DNA from: Takakia lepidozioides | Lineage: Eukaryota > Plantae > Bryophyta | Length of the DNA stretch: 64,000 nt | Assembly: GCA_030704615.1 (NCBI GenBank) | Contig: CM060731.1 | Coordinates: 44,578,001-44,642,000, forward strand | Direction: 5' to 3' | Shown: positions 38,828 to 52,034 of the stretch, piece by piece | Layout of the letters: every line of letters starts with the position of its first letter | How positions within the stretch are numbered: position 1 is the first letter of the stretch | Position numbers and translations under genes: made by a program | The notes under the pieces: model-generated | Databases searched by the model: none | The model's input: only the letters and a program-made list of their open reading frames with translations | What the model was told of the DNA's origin: nothing

Positions 38828-41800
38828 GTGCCCAAGAAGTGTACTTGGTGGCAGGCCAGAAGTGTATTAATTGCAGGTTGGTCCTTCCTGCTGCCGGTGT
38901 GAACACTCACTGAATGTGTTGTAGGGCAGACTGTTCTTACCTACCTTGCATAATGCTTATCTTGGATCACCTCAAGGTACTTGTGTATACATATCTTGGA
39001 TCTGTAATGTGGCAAGAAGTTCTTATATGCCCATGATATCTTGCATGGTGCATATCTTATGGATAACTATGGATGATATAATCTAAGGCTGCAATCTGAC
39101 TCATATTGTGCTAGAGGGTCACTTGGGTACATGACAGGAATCTGATTATGAACATACCCCGCCCTCCCACCCTGTTTTATCATGATAGAATGGGTGGCGT
39201 CACTTGGTGTGTTGAGCAGCTTGGGGGCTGGGGTGGTCATCGCCTCGGATTCCACGGGGCCTGCAGCCCGCTTCAAACCAATAGCCAACTCATGGCTATT
39301 GCCATGGTATCCCCTTTATGGCGCCTCACTTTTTGGAACCCCATCATGAATCCATGGTCTTTTGCTTGCACCTAAAAAAAACAAGAAATAACCCCCCAAG
39401 CTAACCCCAAAGGGGCTAGCCTAACCTTCCCAAGGGTTAGCTATGGTCCTCCATAGCTTAACCAAGCTAGGGAGGCCATATTAGATCTAATTTTTGATCT
39501 GTAAATTAGTTATGCATGAAAAATAAATTTCCAGCGACAAAATAAACATCACAAATTTGCTAGCTCTTCCACCTTGCTCCTCTCCAATGGGGGGGTGATA
39601 TGCTTAACAAAGAGACAAATAAATGGCAAGTCTAGAGGGCTTAGTGCACACTAAGCTACACTCACATGCGCCAAATGAAATGAAATAACAAAACAAAAGA
39701 AGGTTTCCCACTAACCTCTATGCAAGCATCTACCCAATGATATTAGTGAGTTAGCTTCCCTTGCATGCCTAGCTAGCTTCACACATGCACATCAAGCCTA
39801 GTATCCAACAACAAAGAGAACCCAAACCCCTCCTAGAGATCCCACTGCATGGTTAGCTCTTTAGGGGTTAAATCTTTCCACTCTTAAGCCAAAAGACAAA
39901 GCATAGATAAAATGACAACTCCTTGGGCCTCTTGGCCACTAAGGAGGGTTAGTCTCTCTCTTTCCCAAGCTCCTACTACTCCTTGGGTAGCTAGGACCAA
40001 GCTAAGGTTAGATATAAGCTTCCAACAACAATGGACAAGCAAGAGCCAAGCAAAATACTCACACACATGAACAAACGCTAAGACTCTCTTCTCTCCACTC
40101 AAAGGGGGTCACTTGGCTAAGTAGGCTACCAAAACTTGAAGGGAAGGGGTAGTGCTCACCTTTCCTATGGGGTTTGTTGCTCCTACCTCCTCTTCACTCC
40201 TCAAGGGCTCACCACACTCTCAAATGACAAAACCTCTTTGTTTTTTGGGGAAGATGCTCTCATTTTTCACATAAAAATGGCTCTTGGCCCTTACACACTA
40301 GGTCCTAGGATTTCCCTAGTCTCCCTAGTGCAAACTAGATGCTTCCTCCAAGCTTCCCTAAAACATCTAGGCTAAGCTCTAAGCCAACAAGCAATCTAAG
40401 GAACTTCACAACAAAAGCTAGTTGCCAAAACATAAAGCGAGCTTCTCAAGCTAGCTTCAAGCAACTAACTAACAAGCAAAAAAACACAAGTGAAGTCTTG
40501 AGCAAGCTCAAATCCTAACCTACTTATACTAGAAATACTATAAAAAGAATGGATGACATCCAAAAATCCTTGGATGGAAAAGGCAATCAACCACTTTTTG
40601 GTTGGTAGGTGGCACAAATCATCCAACCAGCTAGTGGGGGCGGTGCTAATTCTTGTGGACCCAAAAATCCCATCAAAATGAATTTCTCTTGGCCACGGTC
40701 GCCCGAAAACCTCAAAAATAGTGAATTGTTGTTAATTTCCTCCAAAATTCTTGAAACTTGGCCACAAACTCCCTTGTGGTATGCTTGAAATACCCACCAA
40801 TCTTCAAATTGATGAGGGCCAACCATCAGCCATAAAAAATAAACAAGCGCCAATTGCACGTGAAAACTATGTTTCAACGCGTAGCATAATTTTTTGGTTA
40901 GGAACAGATCAACGCTAGGGGCTGAAACTCCTTCCACACCATCTTGTCTCCCTTTCAACCACATCAAAAAAAGCCCTCCACAAACAACGCTCGATTCCGG
41001 CCTCGTCTTGTTCGCTGAAGGTACTTAACACAGCAAAATCGCAGTCGGCCGCTACCGCTGGATAAAAACCTCTTTAGGACTTTTGGTAGGAGACCAAGAC
41101 TCCTTGGAAGCTCCTTGAATTGAAATCATACCAAAAGGTGGAATTGTCCTCCTGGGAAAAAAAGATTATTGTCGAAAGTTTGCTACTTGTTACACTACAG
41201 TGTCTGTTTTGCATGAATGAACTAAAATACAGGGGAACCCATGCTTGATCCCTGTCACCAACTTATCCGAGCATGAAAACAAAATCGTATCATGAGCATG
41301 TGTGCTCCACGCCTCCAGCGTCCTCATGAACTGCATTGAAGCAACGTAGAAATTTCTACCTGGAATTGTGAGACTGTTGTCAACTGTGTCGTTGAAAGAA
41401 TAATCCAGTGGGTAGTTTGTTATGGAGGTCAAGCTCTCCTAACTTGCCTCTGCTTGAATAGCGATTGGATGTTGAGGTGAGGAACATGCAGCAGACCGTT
41501 GCCTGCAGTCGTCTTAATCGGCCCCTAGATGTTCAAATGGTCGACTGGAATCGCACGCCCTGCTGCTCCCTACACGTACCCTAGTCATATAAACTCCTGA
41601 GCGCTTTGGCTTCATGGAAGTTGCAGACCTTTTCATTTATGGGCCATACTAGTAGCTGTGTTGATGCTTTGTCGTTTCCGATACAAATGGTCCCGTTTCG
41701 TCGCTATCTGTGTACAAATCGGCTCTCCTTGCCTCAAAAACACTCAAAAAACACTCCGCGCGTTAAATTGTGCACCTACATATAGCGACAGCAATATAGT

Positions 41801-41946
41801 ATTCTGATTCACAAAGGAACATCGCAAACAAAGTGTCAAAGCACTTGTGCACAAAATCGAAGTGGCATATGGAAAACAGGGGGATGGATCTGGAAAAGGA
41901 AAGCCAGCAGACTGGATCTATGATATAAAGCCACTATATGGCTACT

Positions 41947-43665
41947 TGTGCTAATTCCCCCCCCCCACTAGTAAGCCATGGAGGCCTAGGGGAGGGTGGG
42001 TTGTATTTTTTTGTCTTGGGGTTTGGGCGGGTTAATTTCGCTTGACAGCAGCTACCCCACAGTCACGAGCAGCCCGGGAGGAGCTCGGGTGCTGCGCCTA
42101 GAGAGTAGGCACTCGATTACTAAAAGCGTAGAGGCAGCCGTGGCCCAGCCACGACGCACGGGGCCCCAGCGCTGACCTTAAGTTGTATTGAGATCAAGTA
42201 CATCAGCCGCGTGGCTCAGGCGTGAGGCCCTGAAGCGTGCGAACAGATGACGGGTCTTTACCCGCAGGATAACCAAAAGCTGAGACGGACCGGCGGACGC
42301 CACCGTTAATTGCAGCGGTCCACGGCTTGGACCGCTATGCGCGGATCTGCGCCTCGCCATGTGGCGGGGGCATTTTACCCAGCGGGCAACGCGTCTGCAA
42401 ATTCCCTTAAAGAGGGGTATTCTTACCTTTAGCTATTAGATTCAATTTATACCCCTCTAAGGGTTAGGAGCCATTATCTAAGGCGCCAGTGGTCGATAAA
42501 ATCTAGGATTTTGGGAGGACGTAGCCTTGGAGGGGAGCGTTCTTAGGACTCCAAGAGAGAGCCAAGTGGGTCTTTGAGCAGTGAGTTAGAGGCGGAGACC
42601 TCGAGAGACAAGGGAGAAGAGAAAGTACTCTGTCCTAAAAACTCGGCTACAATGCGCCTTTGTGTCAGAGCCCAAGGTAGAGAATGACTTGTTCCACAGA
42701 GGGAAAGCGCACCGGCGCCTTAAAATAAAGTAAGGGGGTGAAATCTGGCTTGGACCCACCAGTGGTTATTTTATTATTTATGCATGCATGTTCAGGACTA
42801 ACGAATGTAGTGGCAGGGATGAGCTCTCAGCGAGATTCATTCATCTGATAAGGCCGCGGCAGTTCCCCGCGGCAGGGAATGGTTCCCGGGTGTTCCTCGG
42901 TTCTCATTGGGTTCCCACGGGGTTCCAAGGGCATCTTTAGGCACCAAGGGAATCTTTGAATTTCCCACGTGATTTCCCATAGGGGAGGTATTTTTCAAGA
43001 TTTTCTTAATTTCTTTTATTTTCCAATATTTCTGATTTGCAAAATTGTTTAAATAGGATACATGCACGTGGTGCACGTTATAGCCTGAAGGGCGTTGATC
43101 ACACTAATTGAACAGGGGCTTAGAACCACCTTATTGAACTTGGTGAACCTATTGGATTATGATAGGAATTTTGGCCATTCCTTTGCTAAGACAAAGTATT
43201 TAGGTACTGGGGTAGGAAGCGTTGGCCCTTCCATTAGAGGTGACTTGAACTCAAGCACTCGGTGAAGGAGGGGCATTGGGAGAGGAAGATTTTCCCTCTT
43301 CTTCCTAGGCTCAGTAGGTGCCTTGTGAAGAGATTAAAACATGTCCCGGCTATAGGCGGCTTGACGGCCTAGGCGGTAGGAATTAGACAATAAAACACAA
43401 AGACTTGGAAGGCAGTTACTAAATAGATTGTAGGATACCGTAGGACTTAGAAATGTAAACTCGCGCCTGTGAAGAGGAGTACGTGATTTCTCTTTGCCGG
43501 TAGGACTTAGCTAGTGATCATAGCCACCATGTACGACCACGGACCCCCTGCACTAACCGCAGTCGGGTAGGCGGTTTAGTGAGCCCAACCTACACCGCAA
43601 CTTACCACGACCCCCCTAGACTAATATGTCGTCACCCTGACCGCGCGCGCTCAGGCCTCATTACC
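41947..43665. mobile_element. Solo-LTR-like dispersed repeat (inverted homolog of 61300-63250)
   Basis: 43550-43660 is the reverse complement of 61305-61420. Shared GGGAAC/GTTCCC motif blocks at 42850-42990 and 62265-62380. A shorter related piece is at 28670-28710. No TSD confirmed. Confidence 0.55.
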
Positions 43666-43879
43666 AGGCTGGCACATGCCTTGAGGACACAAATGAAAGT
43701 GACATGTTCGGGCTTCACGGCCCCCTCTTGCATCATTTGCACCTAGGTCTCCAAAGCCTCCAACCCACGACCATGCTGGATATATACTGCAATCACTATC
43801 GCACTCTAGGAGACCACATCACGTTCAGCCTTATTGTCAAACACTCTCTTATGTCACTCCCTTATCATAGCAAATTCAG

Positions 43880-44880
43880 GGTCGAGTCTGGTGAGAGGGC
43901 AAAACAGGCTGAAATAGGTCAAAGAAGAAGGTGCCCTCACCACATTGTCCTCGACCTTGTGTCATGACCCATGGAGGATTTGACCGACCATCAACCCAAA
44001 GAACCTCTTGTGTATGCTACTTGTGTCTGCCAAGAGCCCACATTTACAGGATGGACAAACTTCTTGACATCGTACATTAAGAAAAAGCCACACCTTGCAA
44101 TTGCGGTTGTCCCACCATCGTGAAGGATCTTTAAAAAACTCATGTCAGCTCCGCTCCGTGCTGCAACTTGAGGGCTGAGTCTGATGAGAGCGCAAGACAT
44201 GCTGAAATAGGTTGAAGAAGAAGGTGCCCTCACCACATTGTCCTCGACCTTGTGTCTTGACCCATGGAGGATTCGACTGACCATGAACCCAAGATGACCT
44301 TTTGTGTGTGCTGCTTGTGTCCGTAGTCAGGTAATGTCGGATTGGTCCGTGAGAACCACCACGGTGCAACTGAGCGGGCAGAGATTGAATATGACCTGCT
44401 AAGACAAAGCTGACTCTCCCAAGAACCTTGTAAACATCAGGAAGAATACCAAATCATGGTACTAACAGGAGCCGAGAGCCCACATTTGTAGGATGGACAA
44501 ACTTCTTTACATCGTACATTAAGAAAAAGCCACACCTTCCGATTGCGGTTGTCCCACCATCGTGAAGGATCTTTCAAAAACTCATGCCAGCTCTGCTCCG
44601 TGCTGCAAATGCAGGGCCGAGTCTGATGAGAGGGCAAAACAGACTGAAATAGGTCGAAGAAGAAGGTTCCCTCACCACACTGTCCTCAACCTTGTGTCTT
44701 GACCAATGGAGGATTCGACTAACCATGAACCCAAGAGGACCTCTTGTGTGTGTTGTTTGTGTCTATAGTCAGGTAATGTCGGATAGGTATGTGAGAGCGG
44801 CCACGGTGCATTCGAGCAGGTAGAGATTGAAACAAAGCCCTTCTATCGCGATGCTTCAGCACTAAGAAGACGTAGACCCC
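43880..44880 (-). pseudogene. Tandemly amplified fragments of an organellar ssDNA-binding (OSB-type PDF motif) gene inside the CACTA
   Basis: About 2.5 copies of a ~300-420-bp unit encoding SWVHGQSNPPWVKTQ and EQSWHEFLKDPSRWWDNRNRK, followed by a GT donor. Confidence 0.6.
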
Positions 44881-47237
44881 AAAAAACACTAAGTCCCAGC
44901 CCTGCACTCTGCGACCTAGCAACCCTAAATTCGAGCCAACCTTTTGAATTTTTTGAACGTTTTGCACCCTAACAATATATAAAGTGATTATATATTCCAT
45001 GTTATTATGTGAAGGTATTTTTAGCTTTATATATTTGTATATATATATATATATTCACCCTCAAAGTCGTATCATTTGCAGCCGTTAGATGCACTTACAT
45101 CCAACACACCACAATATTTCAACCACGCGAGCAATGATATGTAGACACGTCATCATTTGCAGTCACATCCTCGTTCTATTGCATCCATTTATCTTTGTAT
45201 TTTCCACATAGACACTCCTTGGGCAACCACCAATCGCCACGTGCAGTCGTGAATACTGGCAGTCATACATTCCCATGCCCACGTCATCCTGTTGCAGTTT
45301 TGGCCATGACTCCTAGTCGTATCTACCATCTTCCCCTATCTAGTCAAACGTGTTTGACCGCAGATCCTGACGTGGCGGAGGTACAAGGTGGCATATACGT
45401 CTTCTGGTGGTCACAATTGGCAACCAGGACTACCTCCTTGCATTTTGTAGACATATATGCTACGACTGGGCAAATGTGGCAGACGTTCAAGCCGGGATCT
45501 GTTGTAGTGTACATTGGATTCATCCATCGAACCACACTTGTTTCCAGGCGTCCACTGTATTGGTTGGACGACACTCTTTTCAAAAATGAAAATAGAATAA
45601 AAATAAGATAAATATTTTAAAAACTCTGCAATGTGAGAATAGAGGACGCGCGCGTCCTAGTTGGAGTTTTTTTTTTTTTTTTTTTTTTTAACAAAATTAT
45701 TTTTTATAAAAAGAAAATAAAGTGACCGCAGTTGACGGCCGATTCTTTTTTCTCACGATGGACAGTGAGTTCTTGGACAACTTTGTCTCCGAAGGTTGAG
45801 TGGATGCTAGCCAAGGTGAGATTGAAGGTTGGGTGCAGTCCGACACACCAACAAGTATTTGATGCCATTGTGTTTGTAAAGAACCATGGATCTGTGTACA
45901 AAGATCTCAAGGTAGAAAATAAATCGTGGTATACTTGTGGAGTTGATGGATTGCTTGCTAATCGTTTCATCAGACACGTATTGGGTTTCATGCCAAAGCT
46001 GGTTGTATTGATTGTTCCTCCATAAACAATTTGATGATTTGATGATTGCGAGGGTTGCAAGCATCATTTGCAGCCAGAAGAACACCGACAATTTGTAGGG
46101 CAATGTCCGGACAGCGAAGATGCAGAAGGTGAAGCATTGTGAGCAGTGACGAGTTTTCAATGCCTGCATTAGAACCCGCAATCATTTTATCACTGTTCAA
46201 ACGGATTCCATCATTTGAAGTATACTCGGCCCGATTGCCGTTGTTATCTAGATGCTCGCGCTCTGGAGATTGCTCTAAAATAGATTGCAACTTCAGAAAT
46301 CGCAACGGGCAACGTCCATCACAACCTCTACAAAACACCTCCAACATTGGAAGATCTCCAACCTCTATAATACCTCCAATATATTATGGAAACCCCAAAA
46401 GTGAGCACTCTGGAAGAAATTAAAACGAAAGTGCACCAGTCGAGAAGCTATACCACCAAAACAATTTTTAGCTTAACACCTCAACCAATGCTAAGGAAGA
46501 AAGATGATGATGATGAAGAAGAAGAAGTTACATATTCTCCAGGGATGCCTCGGCGTGAGCCTGGTCACGTGAGCGCGTGAGCGCGTGAGCGCTCACGCCA
46601 CGTCACCTTGCGCCAATGCCACATCACGGGGCTCACTCCACGTCATCACACTTGAAGACCGCATCACCACGCGCCCAGGAAGAAGTGGAGTGTATTCCCG
46701 CGGATTGGCACCCTTTACCGTGGAAACAAGCTGGACGACATAATAAAAGGCATTGAATAAAGGATGGATGAATGTACAGTTGGATGATAAACAGATGGAT
46801 GAGTGTGAAAAATGAATATAGATGGATGAATGAGGGATGGATAAGAGTCAAATGGATGAATGTATAATGGATGTTGAGCAATGACAAACATTCATGACAG
46901 GAAGATGCATGACTAAAACTTTAGACGAATGCACAACGTATATGACATGAGTGTGGAAGGTTTGTGGGGTGGATTAAAGAGTACATAGGATGAATGTACA
47001 ATGGATGTTGAACAAAGGAAAACATTCATGAATGAAGCACGCATGAATACACTGTAGATGAAAGCACGATGGATATGACAAGAGTGAGGGAGGTTTGTGA
47101 GATGGATTCATACATATTGCAATTTAAATGGTAGTTGATTCTTTGATTATTTTTCTTTCCAAAGGAACAACTACGGTGGAGGAAGGGGATTCAACGTTTT
47201 CCAAAGAGGATGAAACAGAATAGTAAAAGAACATAGT

Positions 47238-50200
47238 TCAGTCTGACTCAGAGTCAGTACAATGTATCCCCACTTCCTCTGCATCTAAGTCTAAGTATTT
47301 AAGAACTCCGGATCTACGCTGGCTACACCTACGGCCGGGCAGTAAAAATTCAGGGGATAGGGACTCGGCCGCGTGAAGTGCCATTGCTTCGGCATAATCA
47401 GGAAGCAGAAAATTGGAAAGGGGGTTGTCGAAAACAGACTCGCCACAAATGACTGTATCTCCTGAAGATCCACCGCTGCATTTCCTGAAAGACAGCCTGA
47501 AAAAGTTATTATTGTAACTTTGATGTAATTGAGAAATTGAGTATGACTCCCAAAGTGGGTTTAGCACTTACTCACATGAAAAGTCGTTGTCGACCTGCTT
47601 ATCTTCGGGATCGTCATCAGTTTGAATTTGAATCCGATCAGTCTGTGTGCCTGAAGTGGAGCCAGACAAAAGGGGGATGAGCACTGTGTTGTAGAGGTCA
47701 GAATCACCCTCCATGCCAAAAAGGCTTCTTCCGCCTGCCTTGCATGCATGGTAAGTTGCTCCTGCACCAGACAGGAGGACATGAACAGTTTGGTGGGGGG
47801 GATTTAAGCAGATGGAACTGGTGAAAGAAAATCAATTCGGAAGGGAGAGAACGAACCTGTGGACACAGAAAGATCGACCACCCGTGCAGAGTGGTGGCTG
47901 CATGACTCCAGCAGTATTTGCATGAACGCTGAGGATTTTTCCTTTGCACCTCTCCAGGGAGTGCCATCTGGACTCTTCAGAGTCTGACTGGACTGCATGA
48001 AGTTGTACAAAATGTCATCGACATGCGGCTCATAGGGGGGGTTGACGAAACAACCCTGGTCAGAAATCTCAAAGCTGCGGATGGAGGATGGTGTCTTGGA
48101 GGTGCGAATCCTCCGCAGGCAGATCGCCTCGAACATCCTCATCTGCCAAAGATAGCAAGTTAGTGTGGTAAACACAATCTATAGTGGAAGTGTGTACATC
48201 GGCTATTCAGAACTCAGACACAAAACAATCATTTTTATCACGAATCGGTGATGATCGGTGTCGATCATGACAGATTCTTCTAGAGTGGAGCTGCAAAGAA
48301 CATTGAAACTCATCATGAAAGCACAAGCAGAAGGGAGACGACATACCAACTGACCAGGGAAACCCCCTTTCACAAGGTAGAGGCTGTTCACATAATTCCA
48401 TGTGCGCAAAACTTCAAACCCTGAAGACTTGAGATATGATGCCAATGCCCGACGACTATCTTTGTCACATGACTGAAAAAACAGAAGTGTCCCTGCATCA
48501 GAGAGGAAATTATTACAGAACCCGAACACCCAACTCCAGTAGTTGTCCTCGAATTTGTTCCAGCCTGGCGTCTTGCCCTTTGGAAGAACTTATGGCACAG
48601 CCTGGCCATCCGGGATGTCGAGAATGACAATGTCAGCCGCATATGTTTTCTGCACACCGCACACGAAGGTGGGACCTGTGATCACCTGCAACAGACATGT
48701 TTTTTTTAAGAACGATGGCAAGAATGTTTTCAAAGAACCAGACTGAAATACTGCCAATGAAACTTTCAGAGAATAAGGAAAGAAACTGGAATTCTCACCA
48801 GATTGAGGAATGAGATTATGTTGTCCCAGGTAGGCGAAGGCACCCCAGTGTATCCTCTCTTTCGACTCTGCATCATCGACAGCCAACCCTCATTGACAAT
48901 TTCAATCTCTCATGCCGAATCAGAACGGGAAGGGTGTGGCTTGGCATCGAACACGCAGTGAACTGTGCAGGTATATCTTCCAGCAGTGAAGTCCTGCCTA
49001 CTCTCCATCTCCTTTTCTTTCTCTTTCCCCTTGTCATTTTCCTTCTCTTTGGACTTGTCTTTGTCCTTTGGCTTTGCTGGTGAGATGGCTATGACATCAA
49101 GAGCCTTGTCTTTTGGTTTGCGGCCCGCCTTCTTTCCCTTCTGCTGCGTGAGCATCAGGCTCCTTGGCAGCCATTGTTGCTATGTTTCTTTGGTACTCTT
49201 CGTCAGTCAGAGGCGCCAGCATCTTAGCATTATTGTTCAAATATTTCATATGCTGTTCTTGAAAGGTCGTGTGCTCCGGTGGGCAGTCAAGGTACCAGCC
49301 ACAGTCTCTGAAGTGAGAAGGACTCCAGTATTTCAATATCCCTGCAGTATACATGGTTGGATTGTTTACAGGGTCCGACCACATGTCAAGATAGTCTGGA
49401 ATACCGCTCAGGTGATTTCCTTCCATAAGCACATATTTTCGTGTATCTGTTAAACAGGAGATAAATCCCAACCCACCAAAGCGCGAAGTGAGTAAGATGC
49501 AAGTAGAACATAATGAAAAAAACATAGAATGAAATGGCTCTGAGAACTACTCCAAGGACCTTTCAGGACCACACGACTGCTCCGGATGTGAATGTCGTCA
49601 ACGCCATTCAAAACATTCCATTCAATGATACTGTAAATACACCCTAATCCACGTGAATGCAAACTCTCGCTTTGGAATGACACAGACATAGAAGTGAATG
49701 TCGTCAACGACATTCACTTTGGATTTGTGAATACACTGCTAATCAAGACTAATGATTTCTCAAAAGAGGCAAAATCATTGGATGGAAATCAGAAACTCGA
49801 CTAAGGAACCCTCCCCAAAAACTCAATGGACATTCATAACGAACATAACACTGAGGACCTCATAATAACACTGGATGTGAATGGCGTCAACGCCATTCAC
49901 AAAATTACCAACAAGGAACCAATTAATTAGCTCCCAATCCATGTAAATTCAAATTGTCGCTGGTGAATGACACAGACATAGAAGTGAATGTCGTCAACGA
50001 CATTCACTTTGGATCTCTGATAACACAGCTAATCAAGCCTCAAGATTTCTCGCAAGAGGCAAAAGCAATGCAGAACAATTGAATGTCTGCATTGACATTC
50101 AGCAAACTGAAGTGAGGAACCCTCACTATAAACTCTATGGACATTACAAAAATTTACATAACTCTGAGGACCTCTCAACAACTCTGGATGTGAATGTCGT

Positions 50201-52034
50201 CAACGCCATTCAGGGACATTATCAATTCTAATCAGGGACACTATAATTATACCCTAAGCTCCTAATCCAGGTGAATTCAAATTCTCGCTTAAGAATGACT
50301 CAGACAAAGAAGTGAATGTCGTCAACGACATTCAATTTGGATCTATGATTACAATCCTTATGAAGCCAAATTATTTCCCAAAAAATGCAGTAGAGTTATC
50401 TTTGGAGAACTCCCGGAAAAAACAGTATCTCCAGGTGAGACCTCTCCACTTCCTTATGTATGCCTCCAATGACATTTGGGGAGGGGAAACAATCGAAATG
50501 TTCAAGTCCTTCAAAGTCTGATCCAGCACAATGACGACGCGCTTTTCGAGCTGCAAATTGTATATTTATCAGTATTGCAAATAAGATACTCATCACATAA
50601 TTGAAAAAAAGAAAACGGCTTATTTGAATACACACCTGACTCCAAAATGTAGCCTTGTGGATCCAGTTATCAAACACCAAATCACTGATTCCTTCCACCT
50701 TTGTGCCAGGCTGTATGGTGCTCTTTGGGAACTGATTCAAGTCCTTTACTGTCTGATCTGAGTTCCATATCTCCAGCCACCTTATTTTTGTTTGTGGGTC
50801 GACCATGGATATGGTCAACCGGTGCAATTTCTCCTGCTGCATCTCCGGATGCACATGCTTGTCATATTGAGATTTGATCTGCTGAAGGAACTCAGAACCA
50901 AGTCCAGGATCTACTATTCTAAGCTGCTTTCCGAAGGCGGACATCAATTTGGTTCTTTGCATTTCAAACTCCTTCTTTATTGCTGCTTCCACACCCTTTG
51001 ATGTCCTTAGTTCCTCTGGTGTAGTGCGGTAATATTTGGATTTTCCCTTCTCAGCTGCCTCTGCCAGTTCTTGCTGCATTGATTCAAATAGTGATTAGCA
51101 CCGAAGGGACTACAAACATGTATTCGAAAAGTAAACTGAGTACAGACTCGGGCTTACCGCATACATGTACTCCAGAAACGCCTCTCGAGTCAAAGAATAC
51201 CAAGTGCCTGCAGCTCTTCCTGTTTCGCACTTCTTGATTATATTGGGTGGGAGTACTGTCCGAAAATCATCCAGCTTCATCAGACCAATCCTCTGAATTT
51301 GGAATAGTGTGTGGACCAAGCTTGTTGTCACATGCGATTTCTCTGTCGATCTGCAAAAACATTGGAAACATTACATTTCTTAACACTGTTTTTTGGGGAT
51401 TAACAAGACACTACAGAGGGAATGAAATCTCTAGGATGACTTACTTGTTCACGTCGTGCATAGCTGTAAGAAGCCTAGCGATGTCGTTTCCTGGATCCAA
51501 AACCATTGCCTCCACAACAACATGCTTGTCTTTGTCTTTCGCATGGTGTTTCTGGATGTATCCCATCCATGCCAACAATCGGTGGTTGCCGTCCCAGACG
51601 TAGAACATGTGGTTGCAAAATTGCTGGGTGTTCTTTCCCATCATGAGGCCCAGCTCGAACTCCTCATTGGCATCTTTCCAGCAGTCATCCCAGTTATCAC
51701 TGATCTCTGGAGATACTAATGTGCTTTTCCCATTTATATCCGTCAGTGACACATAAAAAACTTGTGCACCAAGTATGTATCCATGCACAAAATCACTCTC
51801 CAATTTTGTTATGTCATGGGAAAGAGGTGGACGCACAACAGGCATAGATATCATCCGACACAGAGGGATGTCCAGACGCCCTCCAGATACGAGCATGTCC
51901 CTTATAACCTCCTGAGAGTTTACCTTCTGGAATGACATGAGTTCTTTCACCTTGTCAAGGTAGTGCACTTCAGATTCATCTGCTTCATCTGTATTCTCTG
52001 AGCTTCCCATCTCCAGATCATTTCCCCTCTTATC
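47238..52034 (-). pseudogene. Intron-containing ParB-like domain + beta-class amino (N4-C/N6-A) DNA methyltransferase fusion; exons approx 52034-51445, 51350-51158, 51109-50636, 50550-50353, 49446-48798, 48685-48347, 48142-47857, 47761-47573, 47484-47238 (possible upstream exon ending 52897)
   Basis: ParB/Srx-like FYVWDGNHRLLAW. MTase motif IV region ADIVILDIPDG..GWN..NFLSDAGTLLFF..GFEVLRTWNYVN. Motif X/I region PWRGAKEKSSAFMQILLESCS..VVDLSVSTG|ATYHACKAGGRSLFGMEGD. Several in-frame stops and a frameshift. Confidence 0.8.
49560..50345. repeat. Intronic ~300-bp tandem repeat (about 3 units) carrying six 24-bp palindromes GTGAATGTCGTCAACGACATTCAC
   Basis: Palindromes at 49588, 49694, 49877, 49984, 50190 and 50312. 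Confidence 0.9.

Larger units (their letters stand above)
27346..45509. mobile_element. CACTA (En/Spm) element, 18.2 kb, with nested insertions
   Basis: Perfect 21-bp TIRs CACTACAACAGATCCCGGCTT (27346) and AAGCCGGGATCTGTTGTAGTG (ending 45509). 3-bp TSD TAC on both sides. Subterminal CATGAC/ACGAC/CACGTG repeats at 27390-27990 and 45140-45490. Confidence 0.92.

Noticed and set aside
49588-50335. CRISPR-like palindromic repeats
   Set aside because: The intervening sequences are themselves repeated (~300-bp tandem units) rather than unique spacers.
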